From Candidatus Sericytochromatia bacterium (GTDB lineage: Bacteria; Cyanobacteriota; Sericytochromatia; S15B-MN24; UBA4093), in assembly GCA_036676985.1 (NCBI GenBank), contig JAKFBU010000077.1, positions 48,576-112,575 on the forward strand: a stretch of DNA of 64,000 bases, given 5' to 3'. Each line of letters starts with the position of its first letter. Positions within the stretch are counted from its first letter, which is position 1. The notes beneath the pieces were generated by a model, which was not told the origin of the DNA, made no database searches, and saw nothing but the letters and a program-made list of their open reading frames with translations. Shown here piece by piece: positions 19,280 to 29,774 of the stretch. The translations under genes and the position numbers were made by a program.

Positions 19280-21343
19280 CTACCCCGCCTGCTGCCCCTT
19301 GGGGTCGTCCACGATGCCCCGGCACGAGTTGACGCCGTCCTTGCGCCAGCGCACGCAGCCGTAGCCCTTGCCCGACGGGAAGCGGCTCGTGGGAGCGCCG
19401 CACAGCGGGCACTTGGGGTTCTGCATGGCCTCGACGCCCATGATGAAGCCGCAGGCCTCGCGTCCGCGGGAGCAGCAGTAGTACTCGCGATCGTTCTTGG
19501 GGCTGCGGATCCGCTTCATGAGGGCCCCGCAGCGGAAGCAGGTCGGGTTGTCGAACATGGCCTTCACGTCCGGCACCTCGGCGCTCTTGGCCTGCTTGCG
19601 GCCGCGAGCGCCACGGGCGCCTGATCGGCCTGCCGCCGGCGGAGCAGCGAACGGGCGACGCACGACGCCTTGCTGGGCGGCCTCCAGGAGCGGGTGGAAG
19701 CTCGTCCAGAAGGACGCGAGGAAACGGCGCCACTCCTCGTCCGAGCTCGCGATCCGGTCGAGGTCGCGCTCCAGCTGGGAGGTGAAGCCCTCGTGGATGA
19801 CGGCGGCGAAGTGGTTGCGCAGCTCGGTGTCCAGCTTTTCACCCCGCTCGGTGGGCGCGAGGTGCTTCTTGTCGATCTTGGAGACGAACTCCTTGCGCAG
19901 GATGAGCGAGACCATGGACGCGAACGTGCTCGGGCGCCCGATCCCCTTCTCTTCCAGGTACTTGATGAGCGTCGCCTCGGTGAAGCGATCGGGCGGCTTG
20001 CTCCAGTGCTGCTTGGGCTCCACCTTCAAGAGCCGGAGCGCCTGCCCCTGCTCGAGGGCCGGCAGCATGGTCTCCTTGGAGTCCCGGTCGTCGAGGATGG
20101 CGAGGTAGCCCGGCTGCTTGAGGACGCGCCCGCTGGCCTTGAGGGCATGCTCGCCCGCGTGGATCCAGACGTCGGTCGCGTCGAAGACGGCCGGTCGGCA
20201 CTGGCTCGCTAGGTAGGCCTTGGTGATGAGGTCGTAGAGCTGGCGGGCACGAGGCTCGATGCCCTCGCCAGGCTGCTCGCCGAGCCGCGTGGGGCGGATG
20301 CACTCGTGCGCCCCCTGGGCGCTCGCGGACTTGGCCTTGTGGATGTTGGGCTTGGCGGGCACCACCTCGGCGCCGTAGCGATCGCGCAGGAAGCCCAGCG
20401 TCTCCTTCTGGAACTCGGGGCTGACCGAGGGGTCGTCCGTGCGGATGTAGGTGACCAGGCCCGCCTCGAAGAGGGCCTTGGCATGCCGCGTGGTCTCGTC
20501 GGTGCCCATCTTGAGGCGGCTCGAGGCCTGCTGGAGCATGGTGCTCGTGATGAGGGGCGCGGGCGCCTGGCGCTTGGTCTCCTTGCGCTCGATGCGGGCG
20601 ACGGCGTGGGGCAGGCCGCGCAGGACCTGGGCGATCGCCTCGGCCTCCTCGCGCTTGGGGAGGGGCTGCTTCTTCGGGGCCTTGCCGCCCGAGAGCTTGC
20701 CCACGTACTCGGCCTCGAAGGAGGTCTTGTCCGGCCCGGTGTAGTGCGCATGCACGGACCAGGACTCGGTGGGCTTGAACTCGCGGATGGCCCGCTCGCG
20801 GTCCACGACGACCTTGAGGGCGACGGACTGCACGCGCCCGGCCGAGAGCTGCTGCTCGTCGGGCAGGCGGTTGCGGACGATGGGGCTGACCTTGTAGCCC
20901 ACGAGGCGATCGAGGATCCGCCGCGCCTGCTGGGCGTAGACCAGGTCGAGGTTGAGCGGGCGCACCTGGGCGAAGGCGCGCTGGAGGCCCTCCTTGGTGA
21001 TCTCGTGGAACTCCAAGCGCTGGACCTGCTTGGGCGCAAGGCCGATGGTCTCGGCGATGTGCCATCCGATGGCCTCGCCCTCGCGGTCGGCGTCCGAGGC
21101 CACGAAGATGGTATCTGGCTTGTAGCGGGTCTTGAGGGCCTTGAGCTTGGAGACGACGTCCTTCTTGTCGGGGGCGTAGACGTAGCTCGGCTCGAACTCG
21201 CGCTCGACGGCCACGCCCAGCTCGCGCTCGGGCAGATCGCGGAAGTGGCCCACGGTCGCCAGCACCTCGTAGCCGGAGCCCAGCAACTGCCGGATGGTCT
21301 TGGCCTTGTTGGGGGATTCGACGATGATGACGCCGCGTGCCAT
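19280..21343 (-). CDS. topA: type IA DNA topoisomerase I with C-terminal zinc ribbons
   Basis: IVESPNKAKTI, ASDADREGEAI, SAGRVQS, catalytic TYIRTD, GAHECIRPT, GIGRPST; CFRC..C..C and CPLC..C..C. Confidence 0.95.
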   Translation of the reverse strand: MARGVIIVESPNKAKTIRQLLGSGYEVLATVGHFRDLPERELGVAVEREFEPSYVYAPDKKDVVSKLKALKTRYKPDTIFVASDADREGEAIGWHIAETIGLAPKQVQRLEFHEITKEGLQRAFAQVRPLNLDLVYAQQARRILDRLVGYKVSPIVRNRLPDEQQLSAGRVQSVALKVVVDRERAIREFKPTESWSVHAHYTGPDKTSFEAEYVGKLSGGKAPKKQPLPKREEAEAIAQVLRGLPHAVARIERKETKRQAPAPLITSTMLQQASSRLKMGTDETTRHAKALFEAGLVTYIRTDDPSVSPEFQKETLGFLRDRYGAEVVPAKPNIHKAKSASAQGAHECIRPTRLGEQPGEGIEPRARQLYDLITKAYLASQCRPAVFDATDVWIHAGEHALKASGRVLKQPGYLAILDDRDSKETMLPALEQGQALRLLKVEPKQHWSKPPDRFTEATLIKYLEEKGIGRPSTFASMVSLILRKEFVSKIDKKHLAPTERGEKLDTELRNHFAAVIHEGFTSQLERDLDRIASSDEEWRRFLASFWTSFHPLLEAAQQGVVRRPFAAPPAAGRSGARGARGRKQAKSAEVPDVKAMFDNPTCFRCGALMKRIRSPKNDREYYCCSRGREACGFIMGVEAMQNPKCPLCGAPTSRFPSGKGYGCVRWRKDGVNSCRGIVDDPKGQQAG

Positions 21344-21550
21344 GGCTGCCCTCCTGTGAGTAGAACGGTTGTTCTATTCTACCCGAACCGGAGGAGACTT
21401 GGCAGGGGGTGCGGGCGTCAGATCGGCCGCAGGCGGTCCTTACGAGCATTTAATGGGATGCAAACGACCTCCAAAGGAGCCGCGCGAAAGTCTGCCCCGG
21501 GGGCACGGTATAAGGAGGTCAGGCACGCGGCAGCGGAGAGGAGAACCGGC

Positions 21551-22594
21551 ATGGCCTTCAACGTGGATGGATCGGCGCCCGTCTCGCGCTCAACCCCGGC
21601 ACGCGGCACCCACCCCATCTCCGAGGCCAGACCCGCCCAGCGCGAGGAGTCCGGCGTCACGCTGGACGCCTTCATGGCCTCGGCCCTCTCCGCGCGCCAC
21701 AAGTCCAACGAGGAGCAGCGCCTCGAAGAGGTGTTCTGGCGGGCGGTCTTCCAGCGCTACGATGCCAACGGCTCGGGGATGCTGAGCGATCGCGAGCTGC
21801 GCAAGCTCGCGGAGGATCATCCGGATCTCGCCTATCTCGTCAATGCCAAGGCGTCCAATGTCGACGGCCAGTTCGCTCAGGATCCCTACCTGATGCGCCT
21901 GATGCAGGACGTTCAGGTCGGAGACCTGGTCTTCGTCAAGGGGACGGGGGTGGTGGCGGCCGCCACCCGTTCGGAATGGACCCACGTGGCCATGTGCGTC
22001 GAGAAGGGCCCACCTCCCAAGTTCGTCGAGGCCGTGGGCATGACGGGCGGGGCGGGCAGCCGCGGGGGCGTGCGCGAGAGCGACTTCTTCCAGTTCGTCA
22101 GCGACTCGGACCTGCTCACGACGGGCAAGGCCGGCAAATTTTCCATCGTCCGGCCCAGCACGGATCCCCGTGAGATCGCTGCGGCGGTGCGCTTCGCGCG
22201 CGAGCAGGTCGGCAAGCCCTACGACTTCGCCTTCCGGAACAACAACGGCAAGTATTACTGCAGCGAGCTGGTCTACGACGCCTACAACCACAACCCCTAC
22301 ATGCCGACCTGTCCCGAGACGCCGCTCCTCGGCCTCGAGAAGAGCCGGTCGCGCGATGTCCTCGTCGATGCCGCCAAGGGCCTTGCTCGCGCGCTCTTCG
22401 GCAGCGAGGAGAGCGCGGGGCGCCTGATCGAGCGTTTCATGCTCCGGGACAGCCAGCCCGGCCCACGCCGCGCGACAGGTGGGAGCGAGAGCACGCGTAA
22501 CCAACGGCACGGCTTCGTGTCGCCCACCGACGTCCTCAACGGCAGCCGCACCCGGATCGTGGGTACCTACGAGCCCAGCCCGCAACAGCCTTGA
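21551..22594 (+). CDS. EF-hand + YiiX/YebB-like permuted papain (NlpC/P60) amidase
   Basis: EF-hand DANGSGMLSDRE; GDLVF, WTHVAM, GKPYDF, YYCSELV motifs. Confidence 0.85.
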   Translation: MAFNVDGSAPVSRSTPARGTHPISEARPAQREESGVTLDAFMASALSARHKSNEEQRLEEVFWRAVFQRYDANGSGMLSDRELRKLAEDHPDLAYLVNAKASNVDGQFAQDPYLMRLMQDVQVGDLVFVKGTGVVAAATRSEWTHVAMCVEKGPPPKFVEAVGMTGGAGSRGGVRESDFFQFVSDSDLLTTGKAGKFSIVRPSTDPREIAAAVRFAREQVGKPYDFAFRNNNGKYYCSELVYDAYNHNPYMPTCPETPLLGLEKSRSRDVLVDAAKGLARALFGSEESAGRLIERFMLRDSQPGPRRATGGSESTRNQRHGFVSPTDVLNGSRTRIVGTYEPSPQQP

Positions 22595-22609
22595 CCGGCG
22601 CCTGATATG

Positions 22610-22645
22610 CGAGCCCCCGCCTTCCTGCTGGAAGGCGGGGGCTCG
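22610..22645. terminator. terminator hairpin
   Basis: CGAGCCCCCGCCTTCC-tgct-GGAAGGCGGGGGCTCG. Confidence 0.7.
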
Positions 22646-22796
22646 TCGCATGGCGGCCGACGAGCCCATCGAGCGGCCGCTGCTACTTGGTTTAAGCAGT
22701 TTTGGCATAAGGATGTTGCAAAAGTCGGTCGCTTGCCGTATGATGCCCCTACTTTCGAAAGGTCGCTGCCTCACCCTCACCACAAAGGAGATTTTC

Positions 22797-23273
22797 ATGA
22801 AGACGTCCCTCAAGTCTTATGCCATGACGACCCTGGCGATCGCCGCGCTGCTCTCGGTCGGCGCCGTGGCGCCCCAGGCCGCCGATGCTGCCCCGGTCAG
22901 CCTGAAGGGCAAGCCCCCCGCCAAGTTCGTGAAGGTGAGCGATGCCCTCAAGAATCCGGGCATGGCCTTCGTGTCCGGCCTGGGGACCCTGTACGTCGAT
23001 CCCGCGACGCTGCCCGCCGGCCCGTTCCTCGGCTACGACAAGGCCGGAAACTTGGTCAACGTGACCTACATGCTGCCCTCCGACGAGATCGAGAAGAACG
23101 TCGCCTGGCCCAACCTCGGCACCTCGGTGAGCGGCCTGAAGGTGGATCACACGGAAGTTCACGTCTCGGGGGCTCATCCCGGGGTCATGGAGCGCCACAT
23201 CCACGTGATCAACTGGCTGATCTCCGACAGCGAAAAGCAGAAGCGGCTGGGCGCCTATCCCCATCTGCACTAG
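22797..23273 (+). CDS. secreted small protein with His-rich C-terminus (possible metal binding)
   Basis: AGGAG RBS, signal peptide, DHTEVH..HPG..RHIH. Confidence 0.7.
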   Translation: MKTSLKSYAMTTLAIAALLSVGAVAPQAADAAPVSLKGKPPAKFVKVSDALKNPGMAFVSGLGTLYVDPATLPAGPFLGYDKAGNLVNVTYMLPSDEIEKNVAWPNLGTSVSGLKVDHTEVHVSGAHPGVMERHIHVINWLISDSEKQKRLGAYPHLH

Positions 23274-23339
23274 ATGAGCAGCAGGCCGGGGGGCAGGGCT
23301 CCCCGGCCTCGATCGGCCTATGGAAGGGAACGATTGGAC

Positions 23340-23918
23340 ATGATTGAGTTGAAGGTTCCGGCCCGTGACACGGATGCCCTTTCGGCCATCCGGACGCTGT
23401 TGACGGTCATCGGCGAGGATCCGGACCGCGAAGGGTTGAGCGACACGCCGGCCCGGATCTTGAAGAGCTGGACCGAGCTGTTCGCGGGCTATCGTCAATC
23501 GCCCGATAGCATTCTGTCCACGACGTTCGACGAGGTGGACGGATACCAGGAGATCGTCCTGCTGCGGGGCATTCCCTTCCATTCCACTTGCGAGCATCAC
23601 TGGCTCCCCTTCGAGGGCACCGCGCACGTGGCCTATCTCCCCAACGGGCGCGTGGTCGGCCTCTCCAAGCTCGCGAGGTTGGTGGACTGCTTCGCGCGCC
23701 GCCTTCAGATCCAGGAGCGCCTGACCCAGCAGATCGTCGACTCGCTGATGGCTCACCTGGCGGCACGCGGCGCGGCCGTCCTGATCGAGGCGCGTCATTC
23801 CTGCATGAGCTGCCGTGGGATCCGGAAAGAAGGCGCGTCCATGCTGACCGCGGCCTATGCGGGCGAGTTTCACCGGCCCGAGCGCCGGGCGGAGTTCCTC
23901 TCGCTCATCAAGGCCTGA
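23340..23918 (+). CDS. folE: GTP cyclohydrolase I
   Basis: [48 protein letters not shown]. Confidence 0.95.
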   Translation: MIELKVPARDTDALSAIRTLLTVIGEDPDREGLSDTPARILKSWTELFAGYRQSPDSILSTTFDEVDGYQEIVLLRGIPFHSTCEHHWLPFEGTAHVAYLPNGRVVGLSKLARLVDCFARRLQIQERLTQQIVDSLMAHLAARGAAVLIEARHSCMSCRGIRKEGASMLTAAYAGEFHRPERRAEFLSLIKA

Positions 23919-24020
23919 GGCCCCCCCCACGGGCCCTCATGCCGGCTGGGTGGGCTCGAAGGACCATCCGACGCCATTGCGCTGGTATAATCGTGGCGAA
24001 GGACGAGATGAGGGGCAGGT

Positions 24021-24668
24021 ATGCTGGAACGGTTCGGAAGACGGCAACAGGAGCTGCTGAGGCTCATGCTGAAGAACAAGGCGGGCGTGTCCATCGACGA
24101 GCTCGCCGCTGGGGCCCGGATCACGCGTACGGCCGTTCGTCAGCACCTGGCGGCCCTGGAGGCGGACGGCTACGTCTGCAAGGGGGACGAGCGCAAGACG
24201 GCGGGACGCCCCGGACAGACGTTCGTGCTCACCACGCGCGGCACGGACCTGTTTCCCAAGCAGTACAGCTGGTTCTCCGGCTTGATGCTGCAAGCGCTGA
24301 GACAGGAGCGCGGCAGCGAGGGCCTGGCCCAGTGGTTCCGGGAACTGGCCGCGACCATCGCCGTGAGCCTCGCCCCGCGCTTGGCGGGCAAGGATGAGGC
24401 GCAACGGCTGGACGAGGTCGCCACCATCCTGAACGAGCTGGCCTTCGAGGCCAGCGTCGTGCATCCGACCGATCGGTCCGAGGCGCCGGCCATCGAGGCC
24501 TCCAACTGCGTGTATCACGATCTCGCCGCGGTGTTTCCGGAGATCTGCCAGTTCGATGTGGAGCTGCTGACGCGGCTCACCGGTACCCCGCTGGAGCATC
24601 ACGAGTGCATGGTGCGCGGCGGGCACGTCTGCCGGTTTCGGGCCGGGTCTCCCGACCGCCCCCAATAG
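24021..24668 (+). CDS. ArsR/SufR-like HTH regulator with C-terminal Cys ligands
   Basis: wHTH (TAVRQHLAALE, GRP), FPKQY, NCVY..EIC..C..C pattern. Confidence 0.8.
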   Translation: MLERFGRRQQELLRLMLKNKAGVSIDELAAGARITRTAVRQHLAALEADGYVCKGDERKTAGRPGQTFVLTTRGTDLFPKQYSWFSGLMLQALRQERGSEGLAQWFRELAATIAVSLAPRLAGKDEAQRLDEVATILNELAFEASVVHPTDRSEAPAIEASNCVYHDLAAVFPEICQFDVELLTRLTGTPLEHHECMVRGGHVCRFRAGSPDRPQ

Positions 24669-24673
24669 TCCCC

Positions 24674-27646
24674 TCACGGGCTTTCGGTTTCCGCACGGCT
24701 TGCGAGCGGCAGGCTGAACCAGAAGGTGCTGCCGACTCCGAGCCGGCTGCGGACGCCGATGCTGCCGTCGTGGGCGTCCACGATGGCCTTGGAGATGCTG
24801 AGTCCGAGCCCCGTTCCGCCCTTGCGCCGCTTGCCCTGCTCGAGCTGGCTGAAGCGCTTGAAGAGGCGTGGAATGTCCTGCTGGGCGATTCCCTCGCCGG
24901 TATCCGCGACCTCGACGATCGAGCAAGGCCCCTCGACCCGAGCGCTCACCCGGATGAGGCCCCCGGCCGGCGTGAACTTGATGGCGTTGGACAGGAGGTT
25001 GGCCATGACTCGCTCGAGCCGATCGGCGTCCCCCCGGATGGGGGGCAGGTCGCTCGGGACATCCACCTCCAGACGCAGCCCCGCATCCTCGATCTGAGGG
25101 CGCATGCTCTCGGTGACGGCCATCAGATTCTGGGCCAGGTCGACGTCCTCCAGGACCAGGTTGAAGCTGCCGGCCTCGAGCCGCGCGAAGTCCAGGAGAT
25201 CGTTCACCATGCGTGCCAGGCGCTGGGTACTCCGCTGGATCTGGGCGACGTACTGGAGCTGCTGGTCGCTCAGGGGGGCGGAGAGCTCGTCCTCGAGGAA
25301 CTCGGCGTACCCCAGGATCGCCGTCAGGGGAATCCGCAGGTCGTGGGACATGGAGTTGACGAAGTCGTTCTTGAGCTGATCGAGCTCCTGGAGTTTGGCG
25401 TACTGCTCGCGCAGGGTGTCCTCCAGCCTGCGACGCTCGGTCAGATCCCGGAAGCTCCAGATACGGCCGAATAGCTCTCCTTGCGGGGACACCACCGGGG
25501 CCGTGTAGCGATCGAAGACCCGTCCGTCCGCCAGTTCGAGCTCGTCGCGCGCCGACTGCATGGGGTGCTCGTACATGGCTTCCGCGTGCGCGAGGAAGCC
25601 CTGCGGGTCCTTGAGCTGCGTCAGCACGTAATCCAGGAGGGCGCGATCGTCGACCTCCTGCACCATGCGGGCCGGGATGTTCCATAGCGCGAGGAAGCGT
25701 GAGTTGTAGCCGATGATCGCACGGTGCTCGTCGACGACGAGGAAGCCGTCGAGAGTCGCCTCTTGCTGGGCCTGGAGCAGGGTCAGCGTGCGCGTTTGCG
25801 CTTCTTCGATGCGCTTGCGCTCCGTGACGTCCTGGACGGTGCCGAACACACACGCGGGCTTCTGCCGGGCGTCAAAGCGGACGTTGCCGTAGGAGTGCAG
25901 GTGGCGGATCTCGCCGTCCGCTCGAATGATGCGAAAGTCCGCCTGGTACGATCGTCCCTCCCGGATGGCCCGGTCCAGGTGGCCCTTCAGCAAGGCGCGA
26001 TCGTCCGGATGGATGTGGGCAAAGAGGGCCTCTCGCGTGCCTGCGAACTGGTCGGGCATGAGGCCGTAGATCCGGTAGGTTTCCTCGCTCCACGTGAGGC
26101 GGTCGGCCTCGAAGTCCCACGACCAGCTGCCCAGGTGCGCGATCCGCTGGGTTTCGGCCAGGCTCGCCTCGAGCTTCTTGCGCTCCGTGACGTCCATCGC
26201 CACGCCGATCAAGCAGGCCTCGGGGCCATGTTCCCCCTGGGCGACGGCATACCAGACCTGGAAGACGCTCGGGCCCAGCGCCACCTCGTCTTGCGTGATC
26301 GCGCCGCGCATGGCTCGTTCCAGACTCGCGACGAGGGCCGGGAATGCCTGGAAGGCCTCCGGGAAGGACCGTCCGATCCAGCCGCGCTCGGGATCCGCGT
26401 AGGGCGCGAGCGATCGCCCCTCGGCGAACGTCACGATGCCGCCGGGCGAGATGGTCAAGAGGATGACCGGAGCGTTGTCCGCCACCAGCCGGAATCGCCG
26501 CTCCGCGGCTTCCAGGGCCTCGTTGGCCTGCTGCAGCTCGGAAATCGTGTGCTCGACCTGTTCCGCCATGCGGTTAAAGGCCGCGGCGAGCTGTCCGAAC
26601 TCGTCTTGGAAGCCGTCGTGCACCCGTTCGACCCAGTTGCCGTGGGAGATGCCGTCGGCGCTGGCCTCGAGCCGCCGCAGGGGTTCGGTGACCTGGCGGC
26701 TGACGATCTGGACCGCCAGGCCGATCAAGCCCAGCATGAGGAGCGTCAGGAGGGCGATCGCCCGCGCGAGATCGTTGACGGGGGCGAGCGCCTCCGCCTG
26801 ATCGACTTCGCTCAGCAGCATCCAGTGGGGCGAGCCTGGCACGGACGGGGCAACCGGAAAGGGAGCGAACGAGCCGACCACGGGCACCCCGCGGTAGTCC
26901 TCGTACATGGCCGTTCCCCAGCGGCCGTCTGCCGCCTCTTGGAAGCCCTTGCTGTCGATCTGGCGGCTCAGGGGCGGATCCGGACCGAAGCGCGACTCGC
27001 TGATCATGGTGCCGTCACGGCGGACCAGGTACGTCTCCCCGCTGCCCCGGATCCGTCCCTGGTGCAAGAAAGCGTTGAGCTGCGAGAGGTTGATCATGGC
27101 GACCAGGGAGCCCAGCGACCTCCCCTGGTTCGTGACGGGCATGCCGTAGTAGTAGACGGGCAGGGCCGGATTGTCGGGATCCTTCCGGGCATCCGAGACG
27201 GTGGGCCCCTTCAAGGAGGCCTGGACGAACGGCTGATCCACGGGGGGACCTCCCCCGCCGCCGCCCGCGCTCGAGACCAGTCGCCCGTGGCGATCGAAGA
27301 TGCCGAGCCACACGAAGTCCGGATACTGCTTCTGGACCGCGACGAGGGCTTCTTGCCGAGATTGCGGATCGAGCCGCCCCGCCGCTGCGAGGCTCAACAG
27401 CGCCATCACGTCCTGCTGCTGCTCGAGAAGGCGCTTCGCCTCGATCAAGGAGAAGTTGCGCAGTGCGGTGACCTCTTCGGTGATGGTCAGGCGAAGCGCC
27501 CGGCTGGTCAAGGTCATGGCGATGGCCGAGTAGAGGAGCAGCGGCAAGACGGCGACGAGCAGCATCCAACCGGCGAGCTTCACGGAGAAGGAACTCCGGC
27601 GCCGCGTCCCGTTGGTGGCCTGCGTCGTCTTGCTCGGCTCGTCCAT
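24674..27646 (-). CDS. sensor histidine kinase (dCache-HAMP-PAS-PAS-PAS-HisKA-HATPase)
   Basis: two TM helices, YEDYRGVPV, DEFGQLA, PAS motifs, SHDLRIPL, NLLSNAIKFT, GTGLGL. Confidence 0.92.
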   Translation of the reverse strand: MDEPSKTTQATNGTRRRSSFSVKLAGWMLLVAVLPLLLYSAIAMTLTSRALRLTITEEVTALRNFSLIEAKRLLEQQQDVMALLSLAAAGRLDPQSRQEALVAVQKQYPDFVWLGIFDRHGRLVSSAGGGGGGPPVDQPFVQASLKGPTVSDARKDPDNPALPVYYYGMPVTNQGRSLGSLVAMINLSQLNAFLHQGRIRGSGETYLVRRDGTMISESRFGPDPPLSRQIDSKGFQEAADGRWGTAMYEDYRGVPVVGSFAPFPVAPSVPGSPHWMLLSEVDQAEALAPVNDLARAIALLTLLMLGLIGLAVQIVSRQVTEPLRRLEASADGISHGNWVERVHDGFQDEFGQLAAAFNRMAEQVEHTISELQQANEALEAAERRFRLVADNAPVILLTISPGGIVTFAEGRSLAPYADPERGWIGRSFPEAFQAFPALVASLERAMRGAITQDEVALGPSVFQVWYAVAQGEHGPEACLIGVAMDVTERKKLEASLAETQRIAHLGSWSWDFEADRLTWSEETYRIYGLMPDQFAGTREALFAHIHPDDRALLKGHLDRAIREGRSYQADFRIIRADGEIRHLHSYGNVRFDARQKPACVFGTVQDVTERKRIEEAQTRTLTLLQAQQEATLDGFLVVDEHRAIIGYNSRFLALWNIPARMVQEVDDRALLDYVLTQLKDPQGFLAHAEAMYEHPMQSARDELELADGRVFDRYTAPVVSPQGELFGRIWSFRDLTERRRLEDTLREQYAKLQELDQLKNDFVNSMSHDLRIPLTAILGYAEFLEDELSAPLSDQQLQYVAQIQRSTQRLARMVNDLLDFARLEAGSFNLVLEDVDLAQNLMAVTESMRPQIEDAGLRLEVDVPSDLPPIRGDADRLERVMANLLSNAIKFTPAGGLIRVSARVEGPCSIVEVADTGEGIAQQDIPRLFKRFSQLEQGKRRKGGTGLGLSISKAIVDAHDGSIGVRSRLGVGSTFWFSLPLASRAETESP

Positions 27647-27768
27647 TGCTCGCCTTCCTCGAGCCTCCGCCGGGGAGCGCGAACGCTGCCTGCGGAGGTT
27701 CGCTGCCTCGACGAAGTGGGGTCATCCGGTCATATTAGCAGCCCGGGGGGCCAGTACAACCAACACTC

Positions 27769-27802
27769 GCTCGGGGGCGATCCCGGAGGATCGCCCCCGA
27801 GC
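27769..27802 (-). terminator. terminator hairpin after APC permease
   Basis: GCTCGGGGGCGATCC-cgga-GGATCGCCCCCGAGC. Confidence 0.7.
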
Positions 27803-27818
27803 GTTCTTCAGGCCGTGG

Positions 27819-29774
27819 CTAGGAGCGTCCCAGGTGGAAGGGGACGTCGATCACGGCCGTGTTGGGGCGAAAGAACAAGGCGACCTTGAGCTTGAGCGCG
27901 TCTTGGTTGTGCAGCAGGTATTCCCACCAGCGGTGCAGGACCAGCTCGGACAGGATGACGGTGGTGAGGGCATGGCGCGTCGCCGAGGTCTGCGCGTCCA
28001 GGAAGGTGAGCAGGGGAGAGACCAGCGATCGGTACGGAGACTCGAGGATGACGAGCGGGATGGCCGGGTCGAGCGCGTCCCACTCTTGCTTCAGGCGCTG
28101 GGCGGACGCGAGGTCGTCGGTCACGTGCAGCGCGGTCACGTCCCCCGAGAGGGAGCGCGCGAAGCGCAGGTTCCGGATGGCCGACTGGTTGAGGCTCGAG
28201 ATCAAGACGAAGGTCTTGCCGGGAGCGCTCGGATCCAGCGTGAGTCCATCCCGGTGAGCGAGGGAAAGCTGCCGGCCCACACGCGCATAGTGCCGCTGGA
28301 TGCCCTTGAGGGTGCAGACGAGGATCGGCAGCAGCAGGACGACGATCCATGCGCCGTGCACGAACTTCGTCGCGGCGATGACCAGGGCGACCACGGCCGT
28401 GGTCGCGGCCCCCACGCCGTTGATGGCGAGCCCCTGGCGCCAGCCCGGCTCGCGGCGCGTCCACCAGCGCTTGACCATGCTCGCCTGCGAGAAGGTGAAC
28501 GAGACGAAGACGCCCACCGCGTAGAGGGGGACGAGCAGGTGGACGTTGCCGTGCACCAGGACGATCAGGAGCCCCGCGAGGAAGCCCAGGGCCTGGATGC
28601 CGGTCGAGAGGGCGAGGCGATCGCCCCGGAAGACGAACTGCCGCGGCATGATCCCGTCCTTGGCCATGAAGTAGGCGAGGCGCGGGAAGTCCGCGTAGGC
28701 CGTGTTGGCCGCGAGGATCAGGATCAAGGCGGTGCTCGCCTGGATCAGGTAGTAGAAGGGCCCATGGCCGAACACCGCCCGGGCGATCTGGGATACGACC
28801 GTCTCCCCGTGATGGGGCAGGATGCCGTAGTGATGGGCGAACAGGCTGATGCCGATGAACAGGGAGCCGAGGACGAGGGCCATCGCCACGAGCGTCGTGA
28901 CGGCATTCTTGGCCTGCGGGGCCTTGAACAGGGCGATGCTGTCCGAGATGGCCTCGGTCCCGGACATGGCCGTGCAGCCCGAGGCGAAGGCCCGCAGCAC
29001 GAGCAGCAGGGTCAGGCTTTCGGTCACCTGGGGCGAGAGGCCGGCGACGCTCTCCACGGGCGGCAACCCGACCATCCAGCGCCAGGCACCCACGCCGAAC
29101 ATGACGAGGAGACTCGCGACGAAGGCGTAGGCGGGCACGGTGAAGAGGGCGGCGGAGTCGCGGACGCCCCGGAGGTTTGCGATCGTCAGGAAGGCGACGG
29201 CCAGGAGGGCCAGCTCGACGGTGTGCGGGCGGAGCGCCGGGAAGGCCGAGGTGACGGCGGCGATGCCCGCCGTGACGCTGACGGCCACCGTCAGGACGTA
29301 GTCGATCATCAGGGCGGAGCCGGCGGCCATGGCGGCGCTCTGGCCGAAGTTGTCCTTGGTGACGACGTAGGTGCCCCCGCCCAGCGGATACTTGAGGATC
29401 GTCTGCCGGTAGGAATAGACCACGATGGCCAGGAGGGCGATGATGGCGAGCGTGATGGGGACGGTCAGGTTGACGGCCGCGCTGCCGGCGACGACCAGGA
29501 CGAGCAGGATCTCCTCGCTGGCATAGGCGGTCGACGAGATGGCATCCGAAGACAGGACTGCCAAGGCCTTGCGCTTGGTCAGGCGCTCATGGTCGGCCTG
29601 GGTGTTGGAGATGGGTCGGCCGATGAGCGTCTGCTTCAGCTTGGCCACCACGCCCGGCAGGCCTCGCTGCGGTCGGCTCGCTCGCTCGCTCGCGACGAGG
29701 TGTCCGTCGAGCTCCCCGGCCTCGAGCAGAGGCCCCGTCGTTTTGCCCGTTGTCCTGAGGTAATCGGTCGCCAT
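27819..29774 (-). CDS. APC family permease, KimA/YdaO-like potassium transporter
   Basis: LSSDAISSTAYASEE, GGGTY, DYVLTVAVS, NLRGVRDS, GTEAISD, DFPRL, SPYRSL, LHNQ. Confidence 0.88.
   Translation of the reverse strand: MATDYLRTTGKTTGPLLEAGELDGHLVASERASRPQRGLPGVVAKLKQTLIGRPISNTQADHERLTKRKALAVLSSDAISSTAYASEEILLVLVVAGSAAVNLTVPITLAIIALLAIVVYSYRQTILKYPLGGGTYVVTKDNFGQSAAMAAGSALMIDYVLTVAVSVTAGIAAVTSAFPALRPHTVELALLAVAFLTIANLRGVRDSAALFTVPAYAFVASLLVMFGVGAWRWMVGLPPVESVAGLSPQVTESLTLLLVLRAFASGCTAMSGTEAISDSIALFKAPQAKNAVTTLVAMALVLGSLFIGISLFAHHYGILPHHGETVVSQIARAVFGHGPFYYLIQASTALILILAANTAYADFPRLAYFMAKDGIMPRQFVFRGDRLALSTGIQALGFLAGLLIVLVHGNVHLLVPLYAVGVFVSFTFSQASMVKRWWTRREPGWRQGLAINGVGAATTAVVALVIAATKFVHGAWIVVLLLPILVCTLKGIQRHYARVGRQLSLAHRDGLTLDPSAPGKTFVLISSLNQSAIRNLRFARSLSGDVTALHVTDDLASAQRLKQEWDALDPAIPLVILESPYRSLVSPLLTFLDAQTSATRHALTTVILSELVLHRWWEYLLHNQDALKLKVALFFRPNTAVIDVPFHLGRS

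Noticed and set aside
19280-21343. topA as the recombinase or mobile-element gene for the array
   Set aside because: It is a standard type IA topoisomerase 20 kb away in host-like context, with no site-specific recombinase motifs.
20306-21550. 762-aa ORF extension (20306-22594 +) and other long antisense ORFs (e.g. 14431-16533, 25724-27889, 27612-29783)
   Set aside because: These are shadow frames of real opposite-strand genes in high-GC DNA; the real gene starts at 21551 after an RBS.
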